Shown piece by piece: positions 12,462 through 24,062 of a stretch of 64,000 bases of DNA. Origin of the DNA: the human T2T-CHM13v2.0 reference genome, Homo sapiens. Every line of letters begins with the position of its first letter. Positions within the stretch are counted from its first letter, which is position 1. Under the pieces are notes generated by a model. It was not told the origin of the DNA, ran no database searches, and saw nothing but the letters and a program-made list of their open reading frames with translations. The stretch is taken from NCBI RefSeq assembly GCF_009914755.1, contig NC_060927.1. One strand, 5' to 3'. The translations under genes were made by a program, and so were the position numbers.

Positions 12462-15400
12462 TTTTTAAAATTATTATACATTAATTTCTGGGGTACATGT
12501 GCAGAACATGCAGGTTTGTTACATAGGTATACATGTGCCATGATGGTTTGCTGCAGCCATCAACCCGTCATCTACATTAGGTATTTCTCCTAATGCTATC
12601 CCTCCCCTGGCCTCCCACCCCATGACAGGTCTTGGTGTGTGATATTCCCCTCCCTGTGCCCATGTGTTCTCATTGTTCAACTCCCACTTATGCGTGAGAA
12701 CATGCGGTGTTTGGTTTTCTGTTTTTGTGTTAGTTTGCTGAGAATAATGGTTTCCAGCTTTATCAGTGTCCCTCCAAAGGACGTGAACTCATCCTTTTTA
12801 ATGGCTGCATAGTGATCCATGGTGTATATGTGCCACATTTTCTTTATCCAGTCTATCATTGATGGGCATTTGGGTTGGTTCCAAGACTTTGCTATTGTGA
12901 ACAGTGCTGCAATAAACATACATGTGCATGTGTCTTTATAGAAGAATCATTTAAAATCCTTTGGGTATATACCCAGTAATGGGATGGCTGGGTCAAATGG
13001 TATTTCTGGTTCTATATCCTTGAGGAATCGCCACACTGTCTTCCAAAATGCTGAATTAATTTACACTCCGACCAACAGTGTGAAAGTATTCCTATTTCTC
13101 CACATCCTCTCCAGCATCTGTTGTTTCCTGACTTTTTAATGATTGTCATTCTAACTGTCATGAGATGGTATCTCATTGTGGTTTTGATTTGCATTTCTCT
13201 AATGACCAGTGGTGATGAGAATTTTTTCATATATCTTTTGGCTGCATAAATGTCTTCTTTTGAGAATTGTCTGTTCATATCCTTCACCCACTTTTTGATG
13301 GGGTTTTTTGTTTTTTTTCTTGTAAATGTGTTTAAGTTCTTTGTAGATTCTAGATATTATCACTTTGGATGGATAGATTGCAAAAATTCTGGATGGATAG
13401 ATTGCAAAAATTTTCTCCTATTCTGTAGTTTGTCTGTTTACTCTGATGATAGTTTCTTTTGCTGTGCAGAAGATCTTCAGCTTAATTAGATCCCATTTGC
13501 CTATTTTGACTTTTTGTTTACCATTGCTTTTGGTGTCTCAGTCATGAAGTCTTTGCCCATGCCTATGGCCTGAATGCTATTGCCTAGGTTTTCTTCTAGG
13601 GTTTTTATGGTTTTACGTCTTATGTTAAAATCTTTAATCCATCTTGAGTTAATTTTTGTATCAGGTGTAAAGAAGGGATCCAGTTTTAGCTTTCTGCATA
13701 TGGCTAGCCAGTTTTCCTGACACCATTTATTAAATAGGGAACCCTTTCCCTATTGCTTTTGTCCAGTTTGTCAAAGATCAGATGGTTGTAGATGTGTGGT
13801 GTTATTTATGAGGGCTCTGTTCTGTTCCTTTGGTCTATATATCTGCTTTGGTACCAGTACCATGCTGTTTTGGTTACCATAGCCTTGTAATATAGTTTGA
13901 AGTCAGGTATTGTGATGCCTCCAATGTTGTTCTTTTTGCTTAGGATTGTCTTGTCTATGCAGGATCTTTTTTGGTTCTGTATGAAATTTAAGGTAGTTTT
14001 TTCCAATTCTGTGAATAAAGTCAATGGTAGCTTGATGGGGATAGCATTGAATCTATAAATTACTTTGGGCAGTATGACCATTGTCACAATATTGATTGTT
14101 CCTATTTATGAGCATGGAATATTTTTCCATTTGTTTGTGTCCTCTCTTATTTCCTTGAGCAGTGGTTTGTAGTTCTCCTTGAAGAGGTCCTTCACATCCC
14201 TTATAAGTTGTATTCCCAGGTATTTTATTCTCTTTGTAGCAATTGTGAATGGGAGTTCACTCGTGATTTGGCTCTCTGTCTGTTATTGGTATATAGAAAT
14301 GCTTCTGATTTTTGCACATCAATTTTGTATCCTGAGACTTTGCTGAAGTTGTTTATCAGCTTAAGGAGATTTTGGGCTGAGATGATGGGGTTTTCTAAAT
14401 ATACAATGATGTCATCTGTAAACAGAGACAATTTGACTTCCTCTTTTCCAAATTGAATACCCTTTCTTTCTTTCTCTTGCCTGATAGTCCTAGCCAGAAC
14501 TTCCAATACCATGTTGAATAGGAGTTGTGAGAGAGGGCATCCTTGTCTTTGCCAGTTTTCAAAGGGAATGTTTCCAGTTTTTGTTCATTCAGTATGATAT
14601 TAGCTGTGGGTTTCTCATAAATAGATCTTATTGTTTTGAGATACATTCCATCAATACCTAGTTTGTTGAGAGTTTTTAGCATGAAGGGCTGTTGAATTTT
14701 GACGAATGCCTTTTCTGCATCAATTGAGATAATCATGTGGTTTTTGTCACTGGTTCTGTTTATGTGATTGATTACATTTATTGATTTGCATATGTTGAAT
14801 GAGCCTTGCATCCCAGGGATGAAGCCGACTTGGTCGTGGTGGATAAGCTTTTTGATGTGCTGATGGATTCATTTTGCCAGTATTTTATTGAGGATTTTCG
14901 CATCAATGTTCATCAGGGATATTAGCCTAAAATTTTCTTCTTTGGTTGTGTCTTTGCCAGGTTTTGGTATCAGGATGATGCTGTCCTCATAAAATGAGTT
15001 AGGGAGGAGTCCCTCTTTTTCTATTGTTTGGAGTAGTTTCAGAAGGAATGGTACAAGCTCCTCATACCTCTGGTAGAATCAGGCTGTGAATCCGTCTGGT
15101 CCCGGCCTTTTTTTGGTTGGTAGGCTATTCATTTTTGCCTCATTTTCAGAACTAGTTATTGGTCTATTCAGGGATTCGACTTCCTGGTTTAGACTTGGGA
15201 GGGTGTATGTGTCCAGGAATTTATCCATTTCTCTAGTTTATTTGCATAGAGGTGTTTATAGTATTCTCTGATAGTAGTTTGTATTTCTGTGGGATCAGCA
15301 GTGATATCCCCTTTATCATTTTTTATTACGTCTATTTGATTCTTCTCTCTTTGCTTCTTTATTAGTCTGTCTAGTGGTCTTTCAATTTTGTTGATATTTT

Positions 15401-16283
15401 CAAAAAACCAGCTCCTGGATTCATTAATTTTTTGAAGTATTTTTTGTGTCTCTGTCTCCTTCAGTTCCCTGTGATCTTAGTTATTTCTTGTCTTCTGCTA
15501 GCTTTTGAATTGGTTTGCTCTTCCTTCTTTAGTTCTTTTTGTTGTGTTGTTAGGGTACCAATTTTTTGTATTTCCTGCTTTCTCTTGTGGGCATTTAGTG
15601 CTATAAATTTTCTTCTACACACTGCTTTAAATGTGTCCCAGAGATTCTCATAGGTTGTGTCTTTCTTCTCATTGGTTTCAAATAACTTATTTATTTCTGC
15701 CTTCATTTAATTATTTACCCAGGAGTCATTCAGGAGCAGGTTGTTCAGTTTCCATGTACTTGTGTGGTTTTGAGTGAGTTTCTAAATCCTTAGTTCTAAT
15801 TTGTTTGCACTGTGGTCTGAGAGACTGTTATGATTTCCATTCTTTTGCATTTGCTGAGGAATGTTTTACTTCCAATTATGTGGTCAATTTTAGAATAAGT
15901 GTGATGTGGTGCTGAGAAGAATGTATATTCTCTTGATTTGGGGTGGAGAGTTCTGTAGATGCCTATTAGGACTGCTTGGTCCAGAGCTGAGTTCAAGCCC
16001 TGGATATCCTTGTTAATTTTCTGTCTTGTTGATCTGTCTAGTGTTGACAGTTGTGTGTTAAATTCTCCCATTATTATTGTGTGGGAGTCCAAGTCTCTTT
16101 GTAGGTCTCTAAGAACTTGCTTTATGAATCTGGGTGCTCTTGTATTGGGTGCATATATACTTAGCATAGTTAGCTCTTCTTGTTGCATTGATCCCATTAC
16201 CGTTATGTAATGCCCTTCTTTGTCTCTTTTGAGCTTTGTTGGTTTAAAGTCTATTTTATCAGAGACAAGGATTGCAACCTCTG

Positions 16284-16329
<46 letters not shown>

Positions 16330-18779
16330 TTCCATCCCTTTTTTTCCCTCCATCCCTTTATTTTGAGCCTATTTGTGTCTTTGCATGAGAGATGGGTCTC
16401 CTGAATACAGCACACTGATGGGTCTTGACTCTTTATCCAACTTGCCAGTCTGTATCTTTTAACTGGGGCATTTAGCCCATTTTCTTTTAAGTTTAATATT
16501 GTTATGTGTGAATTTGATGCTGTCATTATGATGCTAGCTCATTATTTTCCCCATTAGTTGATCGCTTTCTTCATAGTGTTGATGGTCTTTACAATTTGGT
16601 ATGTTTTAGCAGTGGCTGGTACCAGTCATTCCTTTCCATGTTTATTGCTTCCTTCAGGAGTTCTTGTAAGGCAGGCCTGGTGTTGACAAAATCTCTCAGC
16701 ATTTGCTTGGCTGTAAAGGACTTTATTTCTCCTTCACTTATGAAGCTTAAGTTGGCTGGATATGAAATTCTGGGTTGAAAATTCTTTTCTTTAACAATGT
16801 TGAATATTGGCCCCGACTCTCTTCTGGCTTGTAGGGTTTCTGCAGAGAGATCTGCTATTAGTCTGATGGGCTTCCCTTTGTGGGCAACCTGACCTTTCTC
16901 TCTTGCTGCCCTTAACATTTTTTCCTTCATTTCAACTTTGATGAATCTGATGATTATGTGTCTTGGGTTGCTCTTCTTGAGAAATATCTTTGTTGTGTTC
17001 TCTGTATTTCTTGAATTTGAATGTTGGCCTGCCTTGCTAGGTTGGGGAAGTTCTCCTGAAGAGTGTTTTCCAACTTGGTTCCATTCTCCCCATCAAACAT
17101 ATATTTGGTACACCAATCAAACGTATATTTGGTCTTTTCATATAGTCCCATATTTCTTGGAGGCTTTGTTCACTTCTTCTCACTGTTTTTTTCTCTAATC
17201 TTGTCTTCTCCTTTTATTTCATTGAGTTTATCTTCAATCTCTTATATCCTTTCTTCCACTTGATCGATTTGGGTATTAATACTTGTGTATGCTTCACAAA
17301 GTTCTTGTGCTGTGCTTTTCAGCTCCATAAGATCATATATATTCTTCTCTAAACTGGTTATACTAGTTAGCAATTCCTCTAACCTTTTTTCAAGCATCTT
17401 AGCTTCCTTGCATTGGGTTAGAATATACTCCTTTAGCTCAGAGGAGTTTGTTATTACCCACCTTCTAAAGCCTATTTCTGTCAATTCATCAAACTCATTA
17501 TCTGTCCCATTTTGTTCCCTTGCTGGAGAGGAGTTGTGATCCCCTGGAGGAGAAGAGGCGTTCTGGTTTTTGGAGTTTTCAGCTTTTTTATGCTGGTTTC
17601 TCCCCATCTTCATGGATTTATCTACCTTTGGTCTTTGATGTTGGTGAGCTTCAGATGGGGTTACTGAATAGACATCCTTTTTGTTGATGTTGCTACTAAT
17701 CCTTTCTGATTGTTAGTTTTCCTTCTAACAGGCCTCTCTTCTGCAGGTCTGCTGGAGTATGCTGGAGGTCCACTTCAGAACCTATTTGCCTAGGTATCAC
17801 CAGTGGAGGCTGCAGAATAGCAAAGATTGCTGTCTGTTCCTTCCTCTGGAAGCTTCATCCCAGAGGGGCACTTGGCAGATGCCGGCAAGAGCTTTCCTGT
17901 ATGAGGTGTCTGTCGGCCCCTACTGGGGGTTGTCTCCCAGTCAGGATACATGGGGGTCAGGGACCCACTTGAGGAGGCAGCTTGTCCCTTATCAGAGCTC
18001 AAACGCTGTGCTGGGAGAGCCACTGCTCTCTTAAGAGCTGTCAGGCAGGGACGTTTAGGTCTGCTTAAGCTGCCCCACAGCCACCCCTTCCCCCAGGTGC
18101 TCTGTCCCAGGGAGATGGGGGTTTTATCTATATGTTCCTTACTGGGGTTGCTGCCTTTTTTTCAGAGATGCCCTGCCCGGAGAGGAGAAAATCTAGAGAG
18201 GCTGTCTGGCCACAGTGGCCTTACTGAGCTGCAGTGGGCTCCATCCATTTTGAAGTTCTAGGAGCCTTTGTTTACACTGTGAGGGTAAAACCGCCTACTC
18301 AAGTCTCAGCAAAGGTGGACGCCCCTCCTCCCACCAAGCTCGAGCATCCCAGGTCAATCTCAGACTGCTGCTGTGCTGGCAGCAAGAATTTCAAGCCAGT
18401 GAATCTTAGCTTGATGGGCTCCATGGGGGTGGCACCCACCAAGCCAGGCACCGGAGAGGATCTCATGGTTTGCTGGTTGCAAAGACTGTGGGAAAAGCAT
18501 AGTATCTGGGCTGGAGTGCACTGTTGCTCCCAGCACCGTCTCTTACAGCTTCCCTTGGCTAGGAAAGTGAAATCCCCTGATCCCTTGTGCTTTCTGGGTG
18601 AGGTGATGTCCCCACCCTGCTTTGGCTCACCCTCCATGGGCTGCACCCACTGTCCAACCAGTCCCAATGAGATGAACTGGGTACCTCAGTTGGAAATGCA
18701 GAAATCACCTGAGTTCTGCATCGATCTCACTGGGAGCTACAGACCAGAGCTGTTCCTATTCAGCCATCTTGCCAGCACC
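12462..18779 (-). mobile_element. Full-length (about 6.3 kb) L1PA8-class LINE-1; ORF1 (about 17613-16589) and ORF2 (about 16526-12680) both disrupted
   Basis: Complete order of 5' end (revcomp ...gctggcaagatggctgaataggaacagctc), ORF1 (MGRNQHKKAENSKNQNASSPP), ORF2 EN (MTASNSHITILN), RT ([14 protein letters not shown]), C-terminus (MFIAALFTIAKSWNQPKCPS) and 3'UTR, with many stops and frameshifts. Confidence 0.95.
16285..16326. repeat. 42-nt poly(T) run inside the L1 ORF2 endonuclease region
   Basis: Counted directly; it gives the poly-Lys and poly-Phe runs in the ORF track. Confidence 0.95.
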
Positions 18780-20479
18780 TCTTCTAGAACTTTTATGGTT
18801 TCAGATCTTAGATTTAAGTCTTCAATCCATCTTGAGTTGATTTTTGTATAAGATGAGCGAAGAGGATCCAGCTTCATTATTCTACACGAGGCTTGCCAAT
18901 TATCCCAGTATCATTTGGTGAATAGGGTGTCCTTTCCCCACTTTATGTTTTTGTTTGCTTTTTTGAAGATCAATTGACAGTAAGTATTTGGGTTTATTTC
19001 TGGGTTCCCAATTCTGTTCCATTGGTCTATATGCCTATTTATGTACCAATACCATTCTGTTTTGGTGACTATGGCCTTACAGTATAGTTTTAAGTTGGGC
19101 AATGTAATGCTTCCAGATTTGTTCTTTTTCCTTATTCTTGCTTTGGCTATGTAGGCTCTTTTTTGGTTCCATATGAATTTTAGGATTTTTTTTTCTAACT
19201 CTGTGAAGAATGATGGTGGTATTTTTATAAGAATTGTTTTGAATTTGTAGATTGCTTTTGGCAGTATGGTCATTTTTACAATATTGATTCTACTCATTCA
19301 TGAGCATGGGATGTGTTTCCATTTGTTTGTGTCATCTATGATTTTGTTCAGCAGTGTTTTGTAGTTTTCCTTGTAGAGGTTTTTTGTTTTTGTTTTTTTT
19401 TACCTCCTTTGTTAAGTACATTTCTAAGTATTTTCTTTTGTGTATTTATTTTTATTTTTTGCAGCTGTTGTAAAGGGGTTGAGTTCTCGATTTCATTCAA
19501 ACCTTGGTCACTGTTGGTATATAGCAGAGCTACTGATTTGTGTACATCAATTTTGTATCCTGAAATTTTGCTGAACTTTTAAAAGACCTTATTGGCTAGA
19601 TTTCAGATGGCTTCAGGCTGGTTCTACCATATGGCTCTCCTCAAACCCACAAGCAAAGTTCCTACACCCTTTGCCCAGAGAAGCTCAGAGCACAGACTGA
19701 TCCAAAGCTAGCCACAGCAACTCTACTGGCAAAGCAGCTAATGATCAGACGCCAGTCCTCTAGGGGAAATCCCATCTCAAAATCTCCATGGTCCCGATGA
19801 AGTGCTTTTCACTAGAGATACTCCCAACACCCTTTCCCCTTGGTGAATGGCAGAAATCACTACACAGCTTTACCAAAGAAATTCTCTTCACCAAATCCTG
19901 CAAAAATCCTCAACAGCCTAATTCTTGTATTACCCTTTTTGAATGAAGGTATTTAAGAGCTATGAAACTTCTCTTTCCTTTGAAAATTTGTATCTTCGTT
20001 TGGTAACTCACATTAGAAATGCCTATTGATTATACCTTGATTCTTCAACTGAAACTTCCAGTTTCAGAAAGATAAAGATGATAATACATATTACCCTAAT
20101 TTTTTTCTTAAAAATTTTATTGGAACAATTTTTGTTTTCTTGTGCCTCTGGTTAATAAGTAACAGAAACTTTTTGTTTCCTTGACATTGTGATGCAAGGA
20201 AAAAATCTCGGAGGAAAGAAAGGAGATAAATATAGGCTACAAATCAATAAAAACTTATTATTTCAATGCAGTAGAAGAGTGGGAAATTGTATAGGGTCAC
20301 GTCTCTGAGGTATTGTTCATACAGAATGTTGCAAAGAGCATGTAGCTCTTTAATTCAGGCTTTCTAAACACCAGTTTTGAAAGAAGGAAGGCTTTCTTCT
20401 TTTCAATGTTTAGGTGCAGAGGCTGTATGGTGGCAAGTGAGGAGGAAGCATAATATCTCCTAATTCGTAAATTGTACTT

Positions 20480-22880
20480 AGTTTTGTTGTTTTTAATTTT
20501 TGTGGGCACATAGTAGGTGTATATATTTGTGGGGTAAATGAGATGTTTTGATACAGGCATGCAATGTGAAAAAAGCACATGAAGAATGGGGTATCCATCC
20601 CCTCAAGCATTAATCCATTGAGCTGCAAACACTCCAACTACACTCTAAGATATTTTAAAATGTGCAGTTAAGTTATTATTGACTATAGTCACCTTGTTGT
20701 GCTAGCAAATACTAGGTCTTATTCATTCTTCCTATTTTTATGTAGCCATTAACCATCCTCACCTCTCCCCCAGGTCCCCACTACCCTTCCCAGCCTCTGG
20801 TAACCATCCTTCTACTCTATATCTATATCTCTATGAGTTCAATTGTTTTGATTTGTAGATCCCACAAATAAGTGAGAACATGCAATGTTTTTCTTTCTGT
20901 GCCTGGCTTATTTCACTTAACATAATGATCTCCAATTCCATTCGTGTTGTTGCAAATGACTCAATCTCATTCTTTTTTGTGGATGAATAGTAACCCCCTG
21001 TGAATATGTACCAGATTTTCTTTACTCATTCATCTGTTGATGGATACTTAGGTTGCTTCCAAATCTCGGCTATTGTAAATAATGCTGCAACAAACATAGG
21101 AGTGCAGATATCTCTTTGATATACTGCTTTCCATTCTTTTGGGTATATACGCAGCAGTGGGATTACTGGATCACATGGTAGCTCAATTTTTATTGTTTTG
21201 AGAAACCTCCAAACTGCTCTCCATAGTGGTTGTTAATTTACATTTTCACCAGCAGGGTATGAGGTTTCCCTTTTCCCTGCATCTTTGGCAGTTTTTGTTA
21301 TTGCCTGTCTTTTGGATACAACCCATTTTAACTTAGGTAAGATGGTATTTCATTGTAGTTTTGATTTTCATTTCTCTGATGATCAATAATGTTGAACACT
21401 TTTTAATATACCTGTTTGCCATTTGTATGTCTTCTTTTGAGAAACATCTATTTAAATCTTTTGGAGATCTTTTGATCAGATCATTTGATTTATTCCTGTA
21501 GAGTTGTTAGGGTTTCTTATATTCCAGTCTTTAATCCTGTGTGAGATGGATAGTTTACAAATATTTTCTCCCATTTAGGGAATTGTCTCTTCACTTTGTT
21601 GATTGTATCCTTTGTTGTACAGAAGCTTTTTTCCTTGATGCTATCTCATTTGCCCATTTTTTCTTTGGTTGCCTGGGTTGGTGGGGTAACCCTGTGCTCA
21701 ATGTGCTCAAAAAACTTTTGCCCACATCAATGTCCTGGAGATTTTCCCCAATGATTGTTTGTAGTAGTTTCATGCTGTTAAGGTCTTAGATTGAAGTCTT
21801 TAATCTATTTTTATTTGATTTTTGTATACAGTAAGAGATAGGGGTCTAGTCTCATTCTTCTGCATATAGATATCCAGTTTTTCATTACTTTATCCAGCAC
21901 CATTTATTGAAGAAACCGTATTTTCCCCAGTGTATGTTCTTGGCACCTTTGTCAAAAATGAGTTCATTGTAGGTGTGTGGATTTGTTTCTGGGTTCTCTA
22001 TTCTGTTCCATTCCTCTATATATATGTCTGTTTTTATGCCAGTACCATGCTGTTTTGGTTACTATAGCTCTGTAGTATAATTTGAGGTCAGGTAATATGA
22101 TTCCTCAAGATTTGTTATTTTTGCTTAGCATAGTTTTGGCTATTCTGAGTCTTTGTGGTTCCATATAAATTTTAGAATTGTTTTCTATATTTCTATGAAG
22201 AATGTCATTGGTATTTTGATAGGGATTATCTTGAATCTGTAGATTGCTTTGGGTTGTATGCACATTTTATCAATATTGATTCCTCCAATTCATGAACATG
22301 AAATTTTTTTTTTGGTGTCCTCTTCAATTTCCCTTATCAGAGTTTTATAGTTTTTATTACAGAGATCTTTCATTTCTTTGGTTAATTACTAGGTACTTAA
22401 TTTTATGTGTGACTATTGTAACTGGGATTTCTTTATATTACTTTTTCAGATTGTTTGCTGTTGGCATCTAGAAATACTACTTATTTTTGTATGTTGATTT
22501 TGTATCCCACAACCTAACTGAATTTGTTTATCAATTCTAATAGTTTTCTTGTGGAGCCTTTCAGTTTTTTTAAATACAAGATCATATCATCTGCAAAAAG
22601 GATAATAATTTGGCTTCTTCCTTTCCAATTTGGATGCCCTTTATATCTTTCTGTTGTTGGAATGCTCGAGGTAGGACTTCCAGTATTAGGTTGAATATCA
22701 CTGGTGAAAGTGAGCATCCTTGTTGTGTTCCAGATCTTAGAGGAAAGGCTTTCCATTTTTCCCCACTCATTATGATACTAGCTGTGGGTATGTCATATAC
22801 AGTTTTTATTATGTTGAGGTATGTTTCTTCTATCCCCAATTTTTTGAGGGTTTTCATCATGAATGGATGTTGAATTTTTA
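20480..22880 (-). mobile_element. L1MA (about L1MA1-3) 3' 2.4 kb
   Basis: 3' end tttttgtgggcacatagtaggtgtatatatt...ggggtatccatcccctcaagc; ORF2 RT fragments (22582-22860; [10 protein letters not shown] in 22514-22756). Confidence 0.9.
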
Positions 22881-23599
22881 ATTAAAGCTTGATTTTGTCA
22901 AATTCTTTTTGGATTTTGTCAAATTTAAAAATTCAAACTGTTTTCCATAGTGGTTGACACTCCTCCCCAGATGCCCGTGGTGGTGGCATGGCGCCGTATC
23001 CTGCCTGGGCTCTGGCCTCTGCTCTGGCCTCCTTCTTGCTCTATCTGCCCCGTTTCTGAGAAGCCTAGCGGCTTCTTAGTCCGGCCCATCTCTTAATCAG
23101 ATGATTAGAGTTTATCCTATAGAGTTATTTGTGCTCCTTGTGTATTCTGGTAATTAATCCCTTCTCAGATGGGTAGTTTGCAAATATTTTCTCCCATTTT
23201 ATGGGTTATTATTTCACTGTGTTGATTGTGTCCTCTGCTGTACAGAAGCTATTTAACTTGATGTGATCTCATTTATCCATTTTTGCTTTGGTTGCCTGTG
23301 CTTGTGTTGCACTACTCAAGAAATTTTTGCCTAGACCAATGTCCTGGAGATTTTTCCCAATGTTTTCTTGTGGTAGTTTTATAGTTTAAAGTATTAGACT
23401 TAAGTCTTTAATCTATTTTGATTTGATTTTGTATACGGCAAGAGATAGGGGTCTAGTGTCATTCTTGTGCATAGGGATATCCAGTTTTTCTGGAACCATC
23501 TATTGAAGAGACTGTTTTTTCCCCAGTGTGTGTTCTGGGAACCTTTGTCAAAAATGAGTTAACTGCAGGTGTGTGGATTTGTATCTGGGTTCTCTATTC

Positions 23600-23942
23600 C
23601 AGTGACCCTCAACCTTTTTGGTACTAGAAACTGATTTTGTGGAAGACAATTTTTCCATGGACCGGGGTGGGGGTGGAATGGTTTTGGAATGAAATTGTTC
23701 CACCTCAGATAATCAGGCATTAGATAGATTCTCCTAAGGAGCACGCAACCTAGATCCCTTGCATGCTCAATTCATAGTACGGCTCACACTCCTATGAGAA
23801 TCTAATGCCACCACTGATCTGATAAAAGGTGGAGCTCAGGCAGGAATGCTCACCTGCCTGCAGCTCACCTCCTGCTGCATGGCCCAGTTCCTAACAGGCC
23901 ACAGACCAATGCCAGTTTATGACCCGGGAGTTAAAGGGCTCT
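23600..23942 (-). mobile_element. MER1B hAT-Charlie non-autonomous DNA transposon
   Basis: About 340 bp matching revcomp MER1B (caacctttttggtac...gaagacaatttttccatggac...ctatgagaatctaatgcc...cccagttcctaacaggccac); degenerate 8-bp TSD ctctattc/ctctgtta. Confidence 0.9.
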
Positions 23943-24062
23943 CTCTGTTATGCTCCATTGTTCTATGTGTCTGTTTTTATGGCAGTACCATGCTGTTGTG
24001 ATTACTATAGCTTTATAATATAATTTGAAATCAGGTAATGTGATTCCTCAAGATTTGTTCAT

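Larger units (their letters stand above)
10918..19580 (-). mobile_element. L1PB ORF2 internal fragment (10918-11391 plus 18780-19580), split by a 7.4 kb nested L1 insertion
   Basis: ORFs 10931-11332 ([20 protein letters not shown]) and 18911-19297 ([17 protein letters not shown]...KWGKDTLF) are L1PB ORF2p. The halves rejoin across a duplicated tcttctagaa(t/c)tttt. Confidence 0.9.

Noticed and set aside
15796-16526. Poly-Lys / poly-Phe ORFs
   Set aside because: They are translations of the 42-nt homopolymer inside a dead L1 ORF2, not real low-complexity proteins.
19600-19960. Moderately GC-rich unique stretch with a 24-nt minus-strand ag/gt-bounded segment
   Set aside because: No recognisable product or repeat family, and expected by chance.
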